Shown here: piece by piece, positions 27,047-36,721 of the stretch | Position numbering within the stretch: the stretch's first letter is position 1 | Layout of the letters: each line of letters starts with the position of its first letter | Assembly (NCBI GenBank): GCA_964533825.1 | Contig: CAZHMU010000001.1 | Coordinates: 103,978-167,977, forward strand | Source: an uncultured Oscillospiraceae bacterium | Lineage (GTDB): Bacteria; Bacillota; Clostridia; Christensenellales; CAG-314 | Reading direction: 5' to 3' | Length of the DNA: 64,000 nucleotides | Notes under the pieces: generated by a model | Database searches by the model: none | Told to the model about the DNA's origin: nothing | What the model saw: the letters and a program-made list of their open reading frames with translations, nothing else | Position numbers and translations under genes: made by a program

Positions 27047-27155
27047 TTCAAATTAGTCCTTTTAGCCTTGGTGGGCATCATTTGTAAGTATGTCCATAAT
27101 TATATCGTCAAAAACAGCAAATGTCAATATAATTTGCCTACACGAGCGTAACCTG

Positions 27156-27857
27156 TCACGATATGTTTTGTCCTACTGTAACTAAACTAAATCCGTTACC
27201 TTTCAAATTTGTGATTACTCTTTCAAGGACATTTTTAGTACATAATGTTGGATGCATCAATATAAGCTCGCCACTGCGAATATTTTTTGTGCAACGCTCA
27301 AAAATTACGCTTTCGTTTTTATCGCGCCAGTCGATTGTATCGCGCGACCACATTATCATCTTCATACCGCAATCTTTGGACGCTTCCACTGTTTGGTCTC
27401 CAAAATCGCCACTCGGTGGCATAAACAATGTTGGAGTGATACCAATTTGCGAAAACACCACTTGATTGCAGACCGTAATTTCGTCACAGTTTTGCTGATA
27501 TGTCAACTTGCTGTGTTGCTTGTGGTAGTAACCATGATTCCCGACTTCGTGCCCACCATCAACGATTGCTTGCAGTAACTCTGGATACTTTGCCACCCAA
27601 CTCCCACCAACAAAAAACGTACACTTGACGTCGTGTTTTGCAAGTATTTGCAACATTTCCTCAAGATACTCGTTGCCCCAATAGACGTTTATCATCAACG
27701 ATACACAATTTTCGCCGTTTCCACGATATATTGGCTCATAGCCATTTTTGTTAAACACACTGGTAACTCCGCCACCAAAAACCACCATCGAAACAAGCAA
27801 GATTATTGTAACCAAAATTACGTTAGCTACAACATTTACAAAGATTTTGCCCTTCAT
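27156..27857 (-). CDS. Polysaccharide deacetylase (NodB domain; YlxY/PdaB-like sporulation type)
   Basis: N-terminal TM, NodB motifs (TFFVGG, NHGYYH, WSRDTIDW). ATG 27857 follows GAGGT. The position next to pnp matches B. subtilis ylxY. Confidence 0.85.
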   Translation of the reverse strand: MKGKIFVNVVANVILVTIILLVSMVVFGGGVTSVFNKNGYEPIYRGNGENCVSLMINVYWGNEYLEEMLQILAKHDVKCTFFVGGSWVAKYPELLQAIVDGGHEVGNHGYYHKQHSKLTYQQNCDEITVCNQVVFSQIGITPTLFMPPSGDFGDQTVEASKDCGMKMIMWSRDTIDWRDKNESVIFERCTKNIRSGELILMHPTLCTKNVLERVITNLKGNGFSLVTVGQNIS

Positions 27858-27878
27858 ACCGTCATACCTCATCAAGCT

Positions 27879-27886
27879 ATTGTATG
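27879..27886 (-). promoter_or_regulatory. Possible sigma-E type -10 element for the deacetylase gene
   Basis: Minus strand reads CATACAAT, an exact match to the remembered B. subtilis sigma-E -10 consensus CATACAHT. It lies ~22 nt upstream of ATG 27857. The -35 is poor. Confidence 0.3.
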
Positions 27887-28042
27887 ATTATTTGGCGAAA
27901 ATCTTGATAAACGTTTCGTAATTGGATCACTCAACGCAATCGTTTTGCTTAAATATGCTAACGATCGCAAAACACTTGCACCATTGACGTCACTTTGATA
28001 TAATTTACTCATCGATTAATAAGAATTTGTAGGGATGATGTT

Positions 28043-28576
28043 ATGAATTTGATTATTAGTTTTTCGGGGAGGGAAAACGGGAACTGTGACGGCATATCAC
28101 AATATATTGCTTCTAAAGGTGACACAATTATCTATTTTAGAAATCTTAATGTGCACGATTGTAGTGGGTGTAAGTATGAATGCTTTAACAGAAATTGTAA
28201 GTATCGCTCGGATGATATATATAGCCTTTACGAAAGTATGCTCAGCTATGACAAAGTCTTTTTAATTGTGCCTATGTATTGCGGAAATCCTTCATCGCTC
28301 TATTTTAGATTTAATGAGCGATGCCAAGACTTCTTTATGCACAACGAGGACAGTTATGAAACTATTGTTTCAAAATTGTACATCATAGGAGTTTATGGCG
28401 ATAGAACAAAAACACCTGATTTTATCCCATGCCTTTCAAAATGGTTTGAATGTACTCAAATCAACAATCATGTATTGGGGATTGAAAGACATAAATACAG
28501 CCAAAAGATTGCAGATAACATACTGGATGTTGAAGAAGTAAGAAATATGATAACTTGCTTCATCAACAGTAACTAA
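28043..28576 (+). CDS. Cys-rich flavodoxin-fold / NADPH-dependent FMN reductase-like protein
   Basis: N-terminal MNLIISFSGRENGNC... and a PMYCGN segment resemble iron-sulfur flavoprotein or flavodoxin-like reductases. Contains a CSGCKYECFNRNC cluster. Lone + strand gene, AT-rich. Confidence 0.5.
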   Translation: MNLIISFSGRENGNCDGISQYIASKGDTIIYFRNLNVHDCSGCKYECFNRNCKYRSDDIYSLYESMLSYDKVFLIVPMYCGNPSSLYFRFNERCQDFFMHNEDSYETIVSKLYIIGVYGDRTKTPDFIPCLSKWFECTQINNHVLGIERHKYSQKIADNILDVEEVRNMITCFINSN

Positions 28577-28668
28577 TTCCAATTTATTGCGCTGTTTATC
28601 GCGCAAAATACCTATCAAATTCACAACTTACTAAATCGATAAAATCAATACTTGTGCGATTATGCAAA

Positions 28669-28705
28669 CACAAAAGGATAGCAAAATGTTTGCTATCCTT
28701 TTGTG
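28669..28705. terminator. Bidirectional terminator between the flavodoxin-like gene and pnp
   Basis: CACAAAAGGATAGCA / TGCTATCCTTTTGTG hairpin. Confidence 0.75.
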
Positions 28706-28765
28706 CTGTCAAAATTTCTACCGAAAGTCACGAAATTGGTCTTTCTTACTATTTAGCTGTGAAAA

Positions 28766-30889
28766 TTACAACTTCTTGATAAGTTTGAGGTCAATACGGC
28801 CCTTTTCGTCAATCTTGATTACCTTTACAACAACTTTGTCGCCTACGTTTACAACGTCAGTAACCTTTTCAACGCGTTCCTTTGCAAGCTTGGAGATGTG
28901 GATCATACCGTCTTTGCCAGGAGCAAGTTCAACAAATGCACCAAAGTCAAGTGTTCTAACAACGTTGCCAGTAAATTCATCGCCAACTTCAGGGTCTTTT
29001 GCAATAGTAAGAATCATCTTCTTAGCTTTGTCTTGCATTTCCTTGTCAGCTGTTGCAATAAATACTGTACCATCATCAGTGATATCAATTTTAACACCTG
29101 TTTCTTCGATAATCTTGTTGATGACCTTTCCGCCACTACCGATAACTTCACGGATCTTTTCAGGATCGATATTGAAGGAGATGATCTTTGGAGCGTACTT
29201 GGAGAGTTCAGCGCGTGGAGCTGGCAAAACAGCCAACATTTGGTTCAAAATGTGAAGTCTACCGACACGAGCTTGTTCCAATGCGGTACGAAGAATTTGT
29301 TCGTCAATACCCTTGATTTTGATATCCATTTGGATAGCTGTGATACCCTTTGTTGTACCAGCAACCTTGAAGTCCATATCGCCAAGGAAGTCTTCCAAGC
29401 CTTGAATGTCGGACAAAATTGCAACCTTGGAGCCGTCTTCAGACTTCATAAGACCCATTGCGATACCAGCTACAGGAGCCTTGATGGGCACACCAGCATC
29501 CATAAGAGCCAATGTAGAGCCACAAATACTTGCTTGAGATGTTGAACCATTGGAGGAAACAACTTCACTTACAGTACGGATTGCATATGGGAACTCTGCT
29601 TCACTTGGGATAACTGGTTCCAAAGCGCGTTCTGCAAGAGCACCGTGACCAATTTCACGACGACCTGGGCTACGAAGTGGCTTCGCTTCGCCTGTGGAGT
29701 AACCTGGCATATTGTAGTGATGCATATAACGCTTGAATGTATCGGTGTCGTCAAGATTTTCCAACTTTTGAACTTCGGAAATTGTGCCCAAAGTTGCAGT
29801 TGTGATGACTTGAGTCATACCGCGTGTAAATACGCCACTACCGTGAACTCTTGGCAAAATGCCTGCTTCGCACCAGATGTGACGAATTTCGTCTGTCTTA
29901 CGGCCATCTGGACGGATGCCTTCGTTCAAGATTCTTGCGCGAATCTTTTCTTTGGTCATCTTGTAAAGTGTGTCGCCGATGGAATCAACAACAGCAGGAT
30001 TTACAACGGAGAAGTGTTCAACGCACTTGCGTTCAACTTCGTCTTGGTTAGCTTGACGTTCGTAACGGTCAAATGTTTTGAGGGCTTCGGTGAGCATCTC
30101 ATCAGCGAATTCGCGGATGATTGCTTCGTGTTCAGCTGGAACAAGGTGAAGTTCGATGTCTGCCTTTGGCTTGCCTACTGCATCACGGATGAACTCGATA
30201 AATGCACATTGCTCTTTGATAGCTTCGTGACCAAACAAAATTGCACCAAGCATTTCTTGCTCGGAAATTTCGTTTGCGCCAGCTTCTACCATCATGATAG
30301 CATCGCTTGTACCAGCAAGGTTGAGGTGTAAACGGCTACGTTCTTTTTGTTCGTTTGTTGGGTTGATAACGTATTCGCCATCAACGTAGCCAACAACTAC
30401 ACTACCTGTTGGGCCTGCAAATGGGATGTCGGAAATGCTAAGAGCAATGGAGCTACCCAACATTGCGTAAACCTCAGGTTGGATGTCAGGTTCAACTGAC
30501 ATAGCTGTACATACAACGGACACGTCATTCAAGAATCCCTTTGGGAACAAAGGTCTGATTGGACGGTCAATAAGACGAGAGGTCAAGATAGCTTTGTCGC
30601 TTGCACGACCTTCGCGCTTTTTGAAACCCCCAGGGATTTTACCTACGGAGTACATTTTTTCTTCAAAGTCAACTCCAAGAGGGAAGAAGTCAATTCCATC
30701 TCTTGGTTTTGCAGCAAGTGTAACGTTTGTCATTACTACTGTTTCGCCACATTGTACCATGCAGGAGCCGTTAGCTTGCTCTGCATACTTACCGATTTCT
30801 ACCGAAACGGTTCTACCACCAATTTCCGTTTGGAAAATGTGGAACTTACGATTGCCAATTTGGCCTTCGATTTTTTTGAATTTTTCCAT
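28766..30889 (-). CDS. pnp: Polyribonucleotide nucleotidyltransferase (PNPase)
   Basis: Two RNase PH domains, KH and S1 domains, full length. AGGAG RBS. Confidence 0.97.
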   Translation of the reverse strand: MEKFKKIEGQIGNRKFHIFQTEIGGRTVSVEIGKYAEQANGSCMVQCGETVVMTNVTLAAKPRDGIDFFPLGVDFEEKMYSVGKIPGGFKKREGRASDKAILTSRLIDRPIRPLFPKGFLNDVSVVCTAMSVEPDIQPEVYAMLGSSIALSISDIPFAGPTGSVVVGYVDGEYVINPTNEQKERSRLHLNLAGTSDAIMMVEAGANEISEQEMLGAILFGHEAIKEQCAFIEFIRDAVGKPKADIELHLVPAEHEAIIREFADEMLTEALKTFDRYERQANQDEVERKCVEHFSVVNPAVVDSIGDTLYKMTKEKIRARILNEGIRPDGRKTDEIRHIWCEAGILPRVHGSGVFTRGMTQVITTATLGTISEVQKLENLDDTDTFKRYMHHYNMPGYSTGEAKPLRSPGRREIGHGALAERALEPVIPSEAEFPYAIRTVSEVVSSNGSTSQASICGSTLALMDAGVPIKAPVAGIAMGLMKSEDGSKVAILSDIQGLEDFLGDMDFKVAGTTKGITAIQMDIKIKGIDEQILRTALEQARVGRLHILNQMLAVLPAPRAELSKYAPKIISFNIDPEKIREVIGSGGKVINKIIEETGVKIDITDDGTVFIATADKEMQDKAKKMILTIAKDPEVGDEFTGNVVRTLDFGAFVELAPGKDGMIHISKLAKERVEKVTDVVNVGDKVVVKVIKIDEKGRIDLKLIKKL

Positions 30890-30963
30890 TTTTATTCTCC
30901 TTTCTATCTCGAAAACCGCTCATGCGATTTCCCATATTTTACCACACGGCAAAAATTTGCCGT

Positions 30964-31007
30964 AAAAAATAAAAAAGAATAAGAGGGATGTTCTCGCCCC
31001 CTTATTC
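30964..31007 (-). terminator. rpsO terminator / pnp leader hairpin
   Basis: Minus strand: GAATAAGGGGG..CCCTCTTATTC hairpin followed by TTTTTTATTTTTT. Confidence 0.7.
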
Positions 31008-31019
31008 CTTTTATTAACA

Positions 31020-31274
31020 TTATTTTCTGAGACCGAGTTCAGCAATGATTGAACGATACTTTTCGATGTCAGTTTGCTTGAGGTAGTCCAACAAACCCTT
31101 TCTGCGACCTACCATTTGCAAAAGTCCACGACGTGAGTGGTGATCCTTTTGGTGTGTCTTGAGGTGCTCTGTAAGGTGATTGATGCGTTCTGTGAGCAAC
31201 GCAATTTGAACTTCTGGTGAACCGGTGTCGCCCTCTTTTCTGCCGAATTTAGCAATGATTTCTTGTTTTGTCAT
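31020..31274 (-). CDS. rpsO: 30S ribosomal protein S15
   Basis: Typical S15 sequence ([34 protein letters not shown]-like). Confidence 0.95.
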   Translation of the reverse strand: MTKQEIIAKFGRKEGDTGSPEVQIALLTERINHLTEHLKTHQKDHHSRRGLLQMVGRRKGLLDYLKQTDIEKYRSIIAELGLRK

Positions 31275-31364
31275 TTTGTTTTCTCCTTTATCTTATATTT
31301 GCCGTTATCCAAGAACAAAGTCGGAGTGATCTATCTTCGTAGAAAACGGTAATTAGCTTGTTGA

Positions 31365-33353
31365 TTACTCTTCGTCAGCTGTAGCTGGAGCTTGAGCAGG
31401 TTGCTCTGGCTTTGGAAGAAGAGATTTGCGAGACAATGTGATGCGTTTGCGTTCACCGTCAAATTCAAGAACTTCTACTTGAACTTCGTCGCCAATCTTA
31501 AGTACTTGGTTGATGTCTTCAATCCATTCCCAAGAAACGTTGGAAACGTGCAAGAGACCGTCAATGGACTTGTCAAGTTGGATGAAAGCACCAAATGGAA
31601 CAACGCGTGCAACAGTACCTGTTACAACGGAACCAACTGCATACTTTTCTTCAGCTACTTGCCAAGGTTGTGGTTGAAGTTGTTTGTAGCCAAGAGATAC
31701 TCTGTTCTTTTCGCGGTCAAGAGCAAGAACAACAAACTCGTAAGTTTCGCCGATTGTCAAAACTTCTTGTGGGTTGTTTACTCTGTCCCAAGAAAGGTCA
31801 GATGTGTGTGCAAGGCAGTCGAAACCACGAACGTCTACGAATGCACCAAATGGAGCAAAACGCAAAACTTTACCTTCAACGATTTCGTTTACAGCAATGT
31901 TGTTCCAGAATTCGTCTTCCTTTGCTTTCTTTTCAGCAAGCAAAATTGCTTTTTGGCTTGCAAAGATAACACGCTTAGCGTCGTCAACTTTGTCAGCACC
32001 GCTTACAACCAAGCGAAGTGTTTTATTGAGGTATGTTTCAAGGTTTTTAACATAGCCAATCTTGATTTGAGAAGCATGTACGATAACTGTGTAGCTACCA
32101 AGCTTACCTGTCAAACATTCCTTACCAACTCTGGTCATCTTCACTTCGAAGATTTCGCCATTTTTGATGCCTTCTACGAGTGCGTCATCCTTGTAACGTT
32201 CGTCGATTGCTTTTTTGGAAAGAGTGATACCCTTATCCACGGAGATGATAAGACATTCCAAAGTTGTTTGGTCTACAACAAGTGCAGATTTTACAGCTTT
32301 GTAATCGCCATCAAGTGCCAATTCGTCATTTGGAATAAATGCATTACGCTTGGAACTTGGGATGCTAACGTAAACACCGTCATCACTTACTTGCACTACA
32401 AGGCACTTAACTTTGTTACCAGGTCTGTATTTGTGACCTTCTTTCATATCGTTAACTGCTTTAGCAAGCATTGCTTCGTCTTTGCTCATTACCTTTTGGT
32501 CTGTTACTACTGTTTCTACGGAAACAGCGTCATTTGCAATTTCTGTCATTCTCTTAAAAACCCCCTTCACCAACTCCTCGGGAGTTGATGCGCCTGAAAT
32601 GAAACATACGTTTCGTGTATTATTATCCAAAGCAATTTCTGCCACACTACCATCCGTCAAAATGGCCTTGCAATTTTGCGATGCGATCTCAAACAGACGC
32701 TTTGTGTTGGAGCTGTTTGTATCGCCAACGACTATTGCCAAGTCACATTGTTTGGACAGAATTTGGGCATAGTACTGCCTTTCCGTAGTAGTATAACAAA
32801 TTGTGTTAAATATTTCAAGCGTTTTGACCCCCTCTGACAAAAGATTTTTCAAACTTTTTTCAAAAAACCTTGTATCATAGGTTGTTTGGAACATAACAAG
32901 CACCTTTTCGTGACCTTTTACGTCCAAAACGCTATTTCCGTCAAAAATGAGTGCACTATTGTCACACCAGCCGTTTATGCCGACAATTTCCGGATGGGCA
33001 GCATCACCGACGAGCACAATTTGATAGCCATTGTTGTGATACTTTTGAGCCTTTTGCTGGATGGCTCTGACCGATGGGCAAGTAGCGTCTACTACTTTTA
33101 TGTTGCGAGCTTTCGCCTCATCAAAAACGCTTGGAGGAGCTCCGTGAGCACGCACAATCATGGTCGCACCTTTGGGAACTTCCGCTACGCTATGCACTGT
33201 CTCAATACCCTTTTGGTGCAGTCGCTCTATTACGCTTTTGTTGTGGACAATGTCGCCAAGACAGTAGGCTTTGCCTTCAATTTGCGACGCTTTGTCGATG
33301 GCACTTTGCACACCTTTGCAAAAGCCAATATTTTTTGGAAACAAAAATCTCAT
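31365..33353 (-). CDS. ispH: Bifunctional 4-hydroxy-3-methylbut-2-enyl diphosphate reductase (IspH) / ribosomal protein S1 repeats
   Basis: The N-terminal ~280 aa are LytB/IspH (GFCKGV, ATCPSV). The C-terminal ~380 aa are four S1 OB-fold repeats. This fusion is common in Clostridia. Confidence 0.92.
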   Translation of the reverse strand: MRFLFPKNIGFCKGVQSAIDKASQIEGKAYCLGDIVHNKSVIERLHQKGIETVHSVAEVPKGATMIVRAHGAPPSVFDEAKARNIKVVDATCPSVRAIQQKAQKYHNNGYQIVLVGDAAHPEIVGINGWCDNSALIFDGNSVLDVKGHEKVLVMFQTTYDTRFFEKSLKNLLSEGVKTLEIFNTICYTTTERQYYAQILSKQCDLAIVVGDTNSSNTKRLFEIASQNCKAILTDGSVAEIALDNNTRNVCFISGASTPEELVKGVFKRMTEIANDAVSVETVVTDQKVMSKDEAMLAKAVNDMKEGHKYRPGNKVKCLVVQVSDDGVYVSIPSSKRNAFIPNDELALDGDYKAVKSALVVDQTTLECLIISVDKGITLSKKAIDERYKDDALVEGIKNGEIFEVKMTRVGKECLTGKLGSYTVIVHASQIKIGYVKNLETYLNKTLRLVVSGADKVDDAKRVIFASQKAILLAEKKAKEDEFWNNIAVNEIVEGKVLRFAPFGAFVDVRGFDCLAHTSDLSWDRVNNPQEVLTIGETYEFVVLALDREKNRVSLGYKQLQPQPWQVAEEKYAVGSVVTGTVARVVPFGAFIQLDKSIDGLLHVSNVSWEWIEDINQVLKIGDEVQVEVLEFDGERKRITLSRKSLLPKPEQPAQAPATADEE

Positions 33354-33434
33354 TTGATGTCCTTTTGTGATGGTTTACAAAACAACAAACTGCAAATTGT
33401 CTTTGAAAAAAGCAACTGCAGTTTGCAAAAGCAA

Positions 33435-34256
33435 CTATTGTTGGTCGGTGACTTGCTGGTAAATGGAGGGAACGTCTTGAGAAACTTGCACTGCTTGCGT
33501 GGAAACATCAGCAGTCGGTTCTACCACACCATTTGTTTGCACTGGAGCATCCAAAACAAATGTGTTAGCAATGACCTCTTCTGCTCGGTCGCCATACTCT
33601 GCATAAATGCGTTTGAGTTCTTTTTGGGTGTACTTGCGATGTTTTTTCCCCTTTGCAGCCAAAATGCCGTTTAGCTCAACTCGAAGTTCGTCCATCTTGG
33701 CTTGAAGATAGTCGGTAACCTCTTGCAAAAGCTTTTTGGTGATGGGTTTATCATAAAATTGGTCAAGCGTAAACTCATCGCCCATAATCATATAATTTTT
33801 GCGGAAGGTTTTTGTCTTTTCCCAAATGTAGAACAAACGAATTGGCGCTTTAGACTTCAAAGCATACAGTGCTGCACCCTTTTTGAAAGGCAACAAGCAG
33901 TTATGAGCTGCATTGCGATGCCCTTCTGGCGTGATGAGCACATTGTGGCCTTTGCTGAGACGCTCCAAAGTAATTTTGACCGAAGTGACATCAGCATCGC
34001 CACGCTTTACAGGGATACTCCTGAATGAGTGAAAAATGATTGGCAAAGGAAATACCTTGGCTAACTCCGCCTTGTACAAAACACAGGGCATTTCACCTTT
34101 AGTCCAAAGATAGAACATAACAGTGTCATAGCCAGAAATGTGATTGCCCAAGTAAAGACAGGCTTTTTTTTCACGTTTTGGATTTCCGTAAACCTTGCAA
34201 GGTAGGAAAAGTCGCACAACGTATTTAACTATACTTGCTAAAAAGCGTAAAATCAT
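33435..34256 (-). CDS. plsC: 1-acyl-sn-glycerol-3-phosphate acyltransferase
   Basis: HX4D motif NHISGYD and PEGHRN, with a C-terminal extension. Confidence 0.85.
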   Translation of the reverse strand: MILRFLASIVKYVVRLFLPCKVYGNPKREKKACLYLGNHISGYDTVMFYLWTKGEMPCVLYKAELAKVFPLPIIFHSFRSIPVKRGDADVTSVKITLERLSKGHNVLITPEGHRNAAHNCLLPFKKGAALYALKSKAPIRLFYIWEKTKTFRKNYMIMGDEFTLDQFYDKPITKKLLQEVTDYLQAKMDELRVELNGILAAKGKKHRKYTQKELKRIYAEYGDRAEEVIANTFVLDAPVQTNGVVEPTADVSTQAVQVSQDVPSIYQQVTDQQ

Positions 34257-34400
34257 TGTTTAGTAACCTCTGCGCTCTTGGATAATTATAGATACGTATC
34301 CAATGCGCATTTTATTTTAGTATTTTAGTGAAAAACGCCAATCTTTGCCAACAGATGCAAACGTGCGCACAAATATAGGCAAGGAAAGGTCAAAGCTGCT

Positions 34401-34757
34401 CTACTGCAAATCGGGGCGAAGAACCTCTGCGCCATCCAAATAGCAATGTATTACATTTTGTTGCAAAATTGCAGAATTAGTACCGATACAAATGCGGATA
34501 CATTTAGACAAAGACCCAACAACCTCCATTTCTTGCGCACACACAAAAGCGACATTGGACAGTTGCGTATAGGCCGCACGAACAAACTTGGCAGGATAGC
34601 AAACGTTGATATCCTTTGTAACGGTAAAAAATACCGCTTCGATATCGGTACAGCTCAAATTGTTTTTACAAACAACTTCATCAAAGAGCTTGAGAGTTTG
34701 TTTTTTGACACTTTCCACAGTGTTCTCTGCGCAAATAGCACCTCTAATCCAAGCCAT
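34401..34757 (-). CDS. aroH: Chorismate mutase, AroH class
   Basis: Aligns along its whole length with B. subtilis AroH (IRGA..., PAKFVR, CIRI, VLRPDL). ATG 34757 lies 8 nt after AAGGAG. Confidence 0.85.
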   Translation of the reverse strand: MAWIRGAICAENTVESVKKQTLKLFDEVVCKNNLSCTDIEAVFFTVTKDINVCYPAKFVRAAYTQLSNVAFVCAQEMEVVGSLSKCIRICIGTNSAILQQNVIHCYLDGAEVLRPDLQ

Positions 34758-34759
34758 AT

Positions 34760-35983
34760 TTACCACTCCTTTGATGCGCTTGTGCCAGCCACAAAACCAG
34801 TGGAAAGCGCAATTTGAATATTGAATCCGCCAGTCAAAGCATCGACATCCAAAACCTCGCCAGCAAAGTACAAACCTTTGACAAACTTGCTTTCCATTGT
34901 GGATGGGGAAACTTCCGCCACATCAACGCCGCCACTTGTGACAATTCCGTACTCGATACTATCAAGTGACACATTGTCAAAGGTTAGACATTTGAACGTG
35001 TTGACGAGCGAACTACGCTCTTGTGCAGTAACTTGATTTACTTTTTTGTAAAGGGGGATACCACATCTCACTGCAACAAACAAACGCAGTCTTTCAGGCA
35101 AAAGTTGGTCGAGAGAGTTTGCAAAGTCCTTGTTCATCCTTTCGGAAAAATCACGCAAAATGCGAGCGTCAAGTTTGTCAAAGTCAAGCGCTGGTTTGAG
35201 ATCGATAGCAATCTTGGCGCCAGCAAGATTTGCTTTGTTAATGCGCGAAGACAAACTCAAAATAGCAGGCCCGCTTACACCATTGTTAGTAAAAAGCATT
35301 TCTCCAAATTCGCTGGCGAGTGTTTTGCCGTTAGCGTCAACAAGGCTAACTTGCACGTTTTTGAGAGTAAGACCTTCCAACGTTTTGCAGTCATCACACA
35401 AAATGCGACACAAAGCAGGACGCAATGGCAACACCTTGTGGCCAAGCGATTTTGCAAACTTGTAGCCATCGCCACGGCTACCTGTTGCGCTATAACTGTT
35501 GCCGCCAGTGGCAATAATTACCCTATCAAACAGCACTATGCCTGTCATAGTAGTTAATAAAAAGCCGTTTTCTTGGTATTGTATACGAAAAATTGGCTCA
35601 TTTAGGGACAATTTTGCACCGCTACGCAAAAGTTGTTGTGTAAAGAGTTTTATTACATCGCTGGACTTGTCGCTGACAGGAAAAACGCGATTTCCGCGCT
35701 CAACCTTGAGTTGCAGACCACGACTTTCGCAAAAATCCATAGTGTCCTGCGGAGTAAACTTGTTCAAAGCGCCAAGCACAAATTTTGGATTTGTTACAAC
35801 GTTTGCAACAAACTCACGTACAGAGCAATCGTTTGTTAGGTTGCATCTGCCCTTACCAGCTATGTACATCTTTTTGCCAGTCTTTTCGTTTTGTTCAAAA
35901 AGCGTTACATCCGCACCACTTTCCGCTGCGGCTATTGCAGCCATCATACCAGCTGGACCGCCACCAATTACTGCGACTTTCAT
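34760..35983 (-). CDS. NAD(P)/FAD-dependent oxidoreductase, HI0933/YhiN (BaiN-like) family
   Basis: GxGxxG VIGGGPAGMMAA and family-typical length and C-terminus. ATGA overlap with the surE stop. Confidence 0.85.
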   Translation of the reverse strand: MKVAVIGGGPAGMMAAIAAAESGADVTLFEQNEKTGKKMYIAGKGRCNLTNDCSVREFVANVVTNPKFVLGALNKFTPQDTMDFCESRGLQLKVERGNRVFPVSDKSSDVIKLFTQQLLRSGAKLSLNEPIFRIQYQENGFLLTTMTGIVLFDRVIIATGGNSYSATGSRGDGYKFAKSLGHKVLPLRPALCRILCDDCKTLEGLTLKNVQVSLVDANGKTLASEFGEMLFTNNGVSGPAILSLSSRINKANLAGAKIAIDLKPALDFDKLDARILRDFSERMNKDFANSLDQLLPERLRLFVAVRCGIPLYKKVNQVTAQERSSLVNTFKCLTFDNVSLDSIEYGIVTSGGVDVAEVSPSTMESKFVKGLYFAGEVLDVDALTGGFNIQIALSTGFVAGTSASKEW

Positions 35984-36720
35984 AACTCCAACCCCTTCAA
36001 GATTTGGATTGCTTTGTAGTTTGTGCGTTCAAGAGTCAATGGCACAATTACTATGTAGCCATCGTCGCACAATGTAATGTCTGACTCTTCGCCAGTGACC
36101 TTAAGCTTGTCGCCTGTGTGGAACCAACGTTGTGGGTCATCCGTAGCCTCAAAGTAATCATCCCAGTTGGCGGACATACTTTGTCTTGTTACGCGAACAC
36201 CCTTGATTTGCTCAAGAGAAAGATTTGGCACGTTGATGTTGAGTAGCGTGTAGGGGATATCAACCTGTGCAAGTTTGTTCAAGTTTTGACAGATGTACTC
36301 TACTGTTGAATTGAAAGCTACATTGTATCCGGCACGCGAAACGGCAAGGCTCTTGATACCGCAAGCAACACCTTCTTCCGCTGCGGCGATCGTACCAGAG
36401 TACATAGATGAGTCGCCATAGTTATCGCCATTGTTTGGTCCAGATATGAGCAGGTCGAACTTTATTCCCAAGCAGCTGTGTGCATACTTGACACAGTCAG
36501 CAGGAGTACCTTCGCAAATGTATGCGTCCACTGCACCACAGTAGGAATCCAACTTTTGTATGAGTATTTTTTTGTAAAAATTTACAGAGTGAGAGCAAGC
36601 AGAACGGTTACCATCAGGAGCCACAACATACACGTTGTGCCCCAAAGCGGAAAGCTTTTCCGTCATGAGCATAAGTCCACTGCTCAAATATCCATCATCG
36701 TTTGTGAGAAGTATGTTCAT
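35980..36720 (-). CDS. surE: 5'/3'-nucleotidase SurE
   Basis: N-terminal MNILLTNDDG motif, full length. Confidence 0.92.
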   Translation of the reverse strand: MNILLTNDDGYLSSGLMLMTEKLSALGHNVYVVAPDGNRSACSHSVNFYKKILIQKLDSYCGAVDAYICEGTPADCVKYAHSCLGIKFDLLISGPNNGDNYGDSSMYSGTIAAAEEGVACGIKSLAVSRAGYNVAFNSTVEYICQNLNKLAQVDIPYTLLNINVPNLSLEQIKGVRVTRQSMSANWDDYFEATDDPQRWFHTGDKLKVTGEESDITLCDDGYIVIVPLTLERTNYKAIQILKGLEL

Positions 36721-36721
36721 A

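Noticed and set aside
28662-29255. 197-codon Ser/Thr/Phe-rich + strand ORF overlapping the 3' end of pnp.
   Set aside because: Antisense to PNPase, begins in the terminator, and has a nonsense composition.
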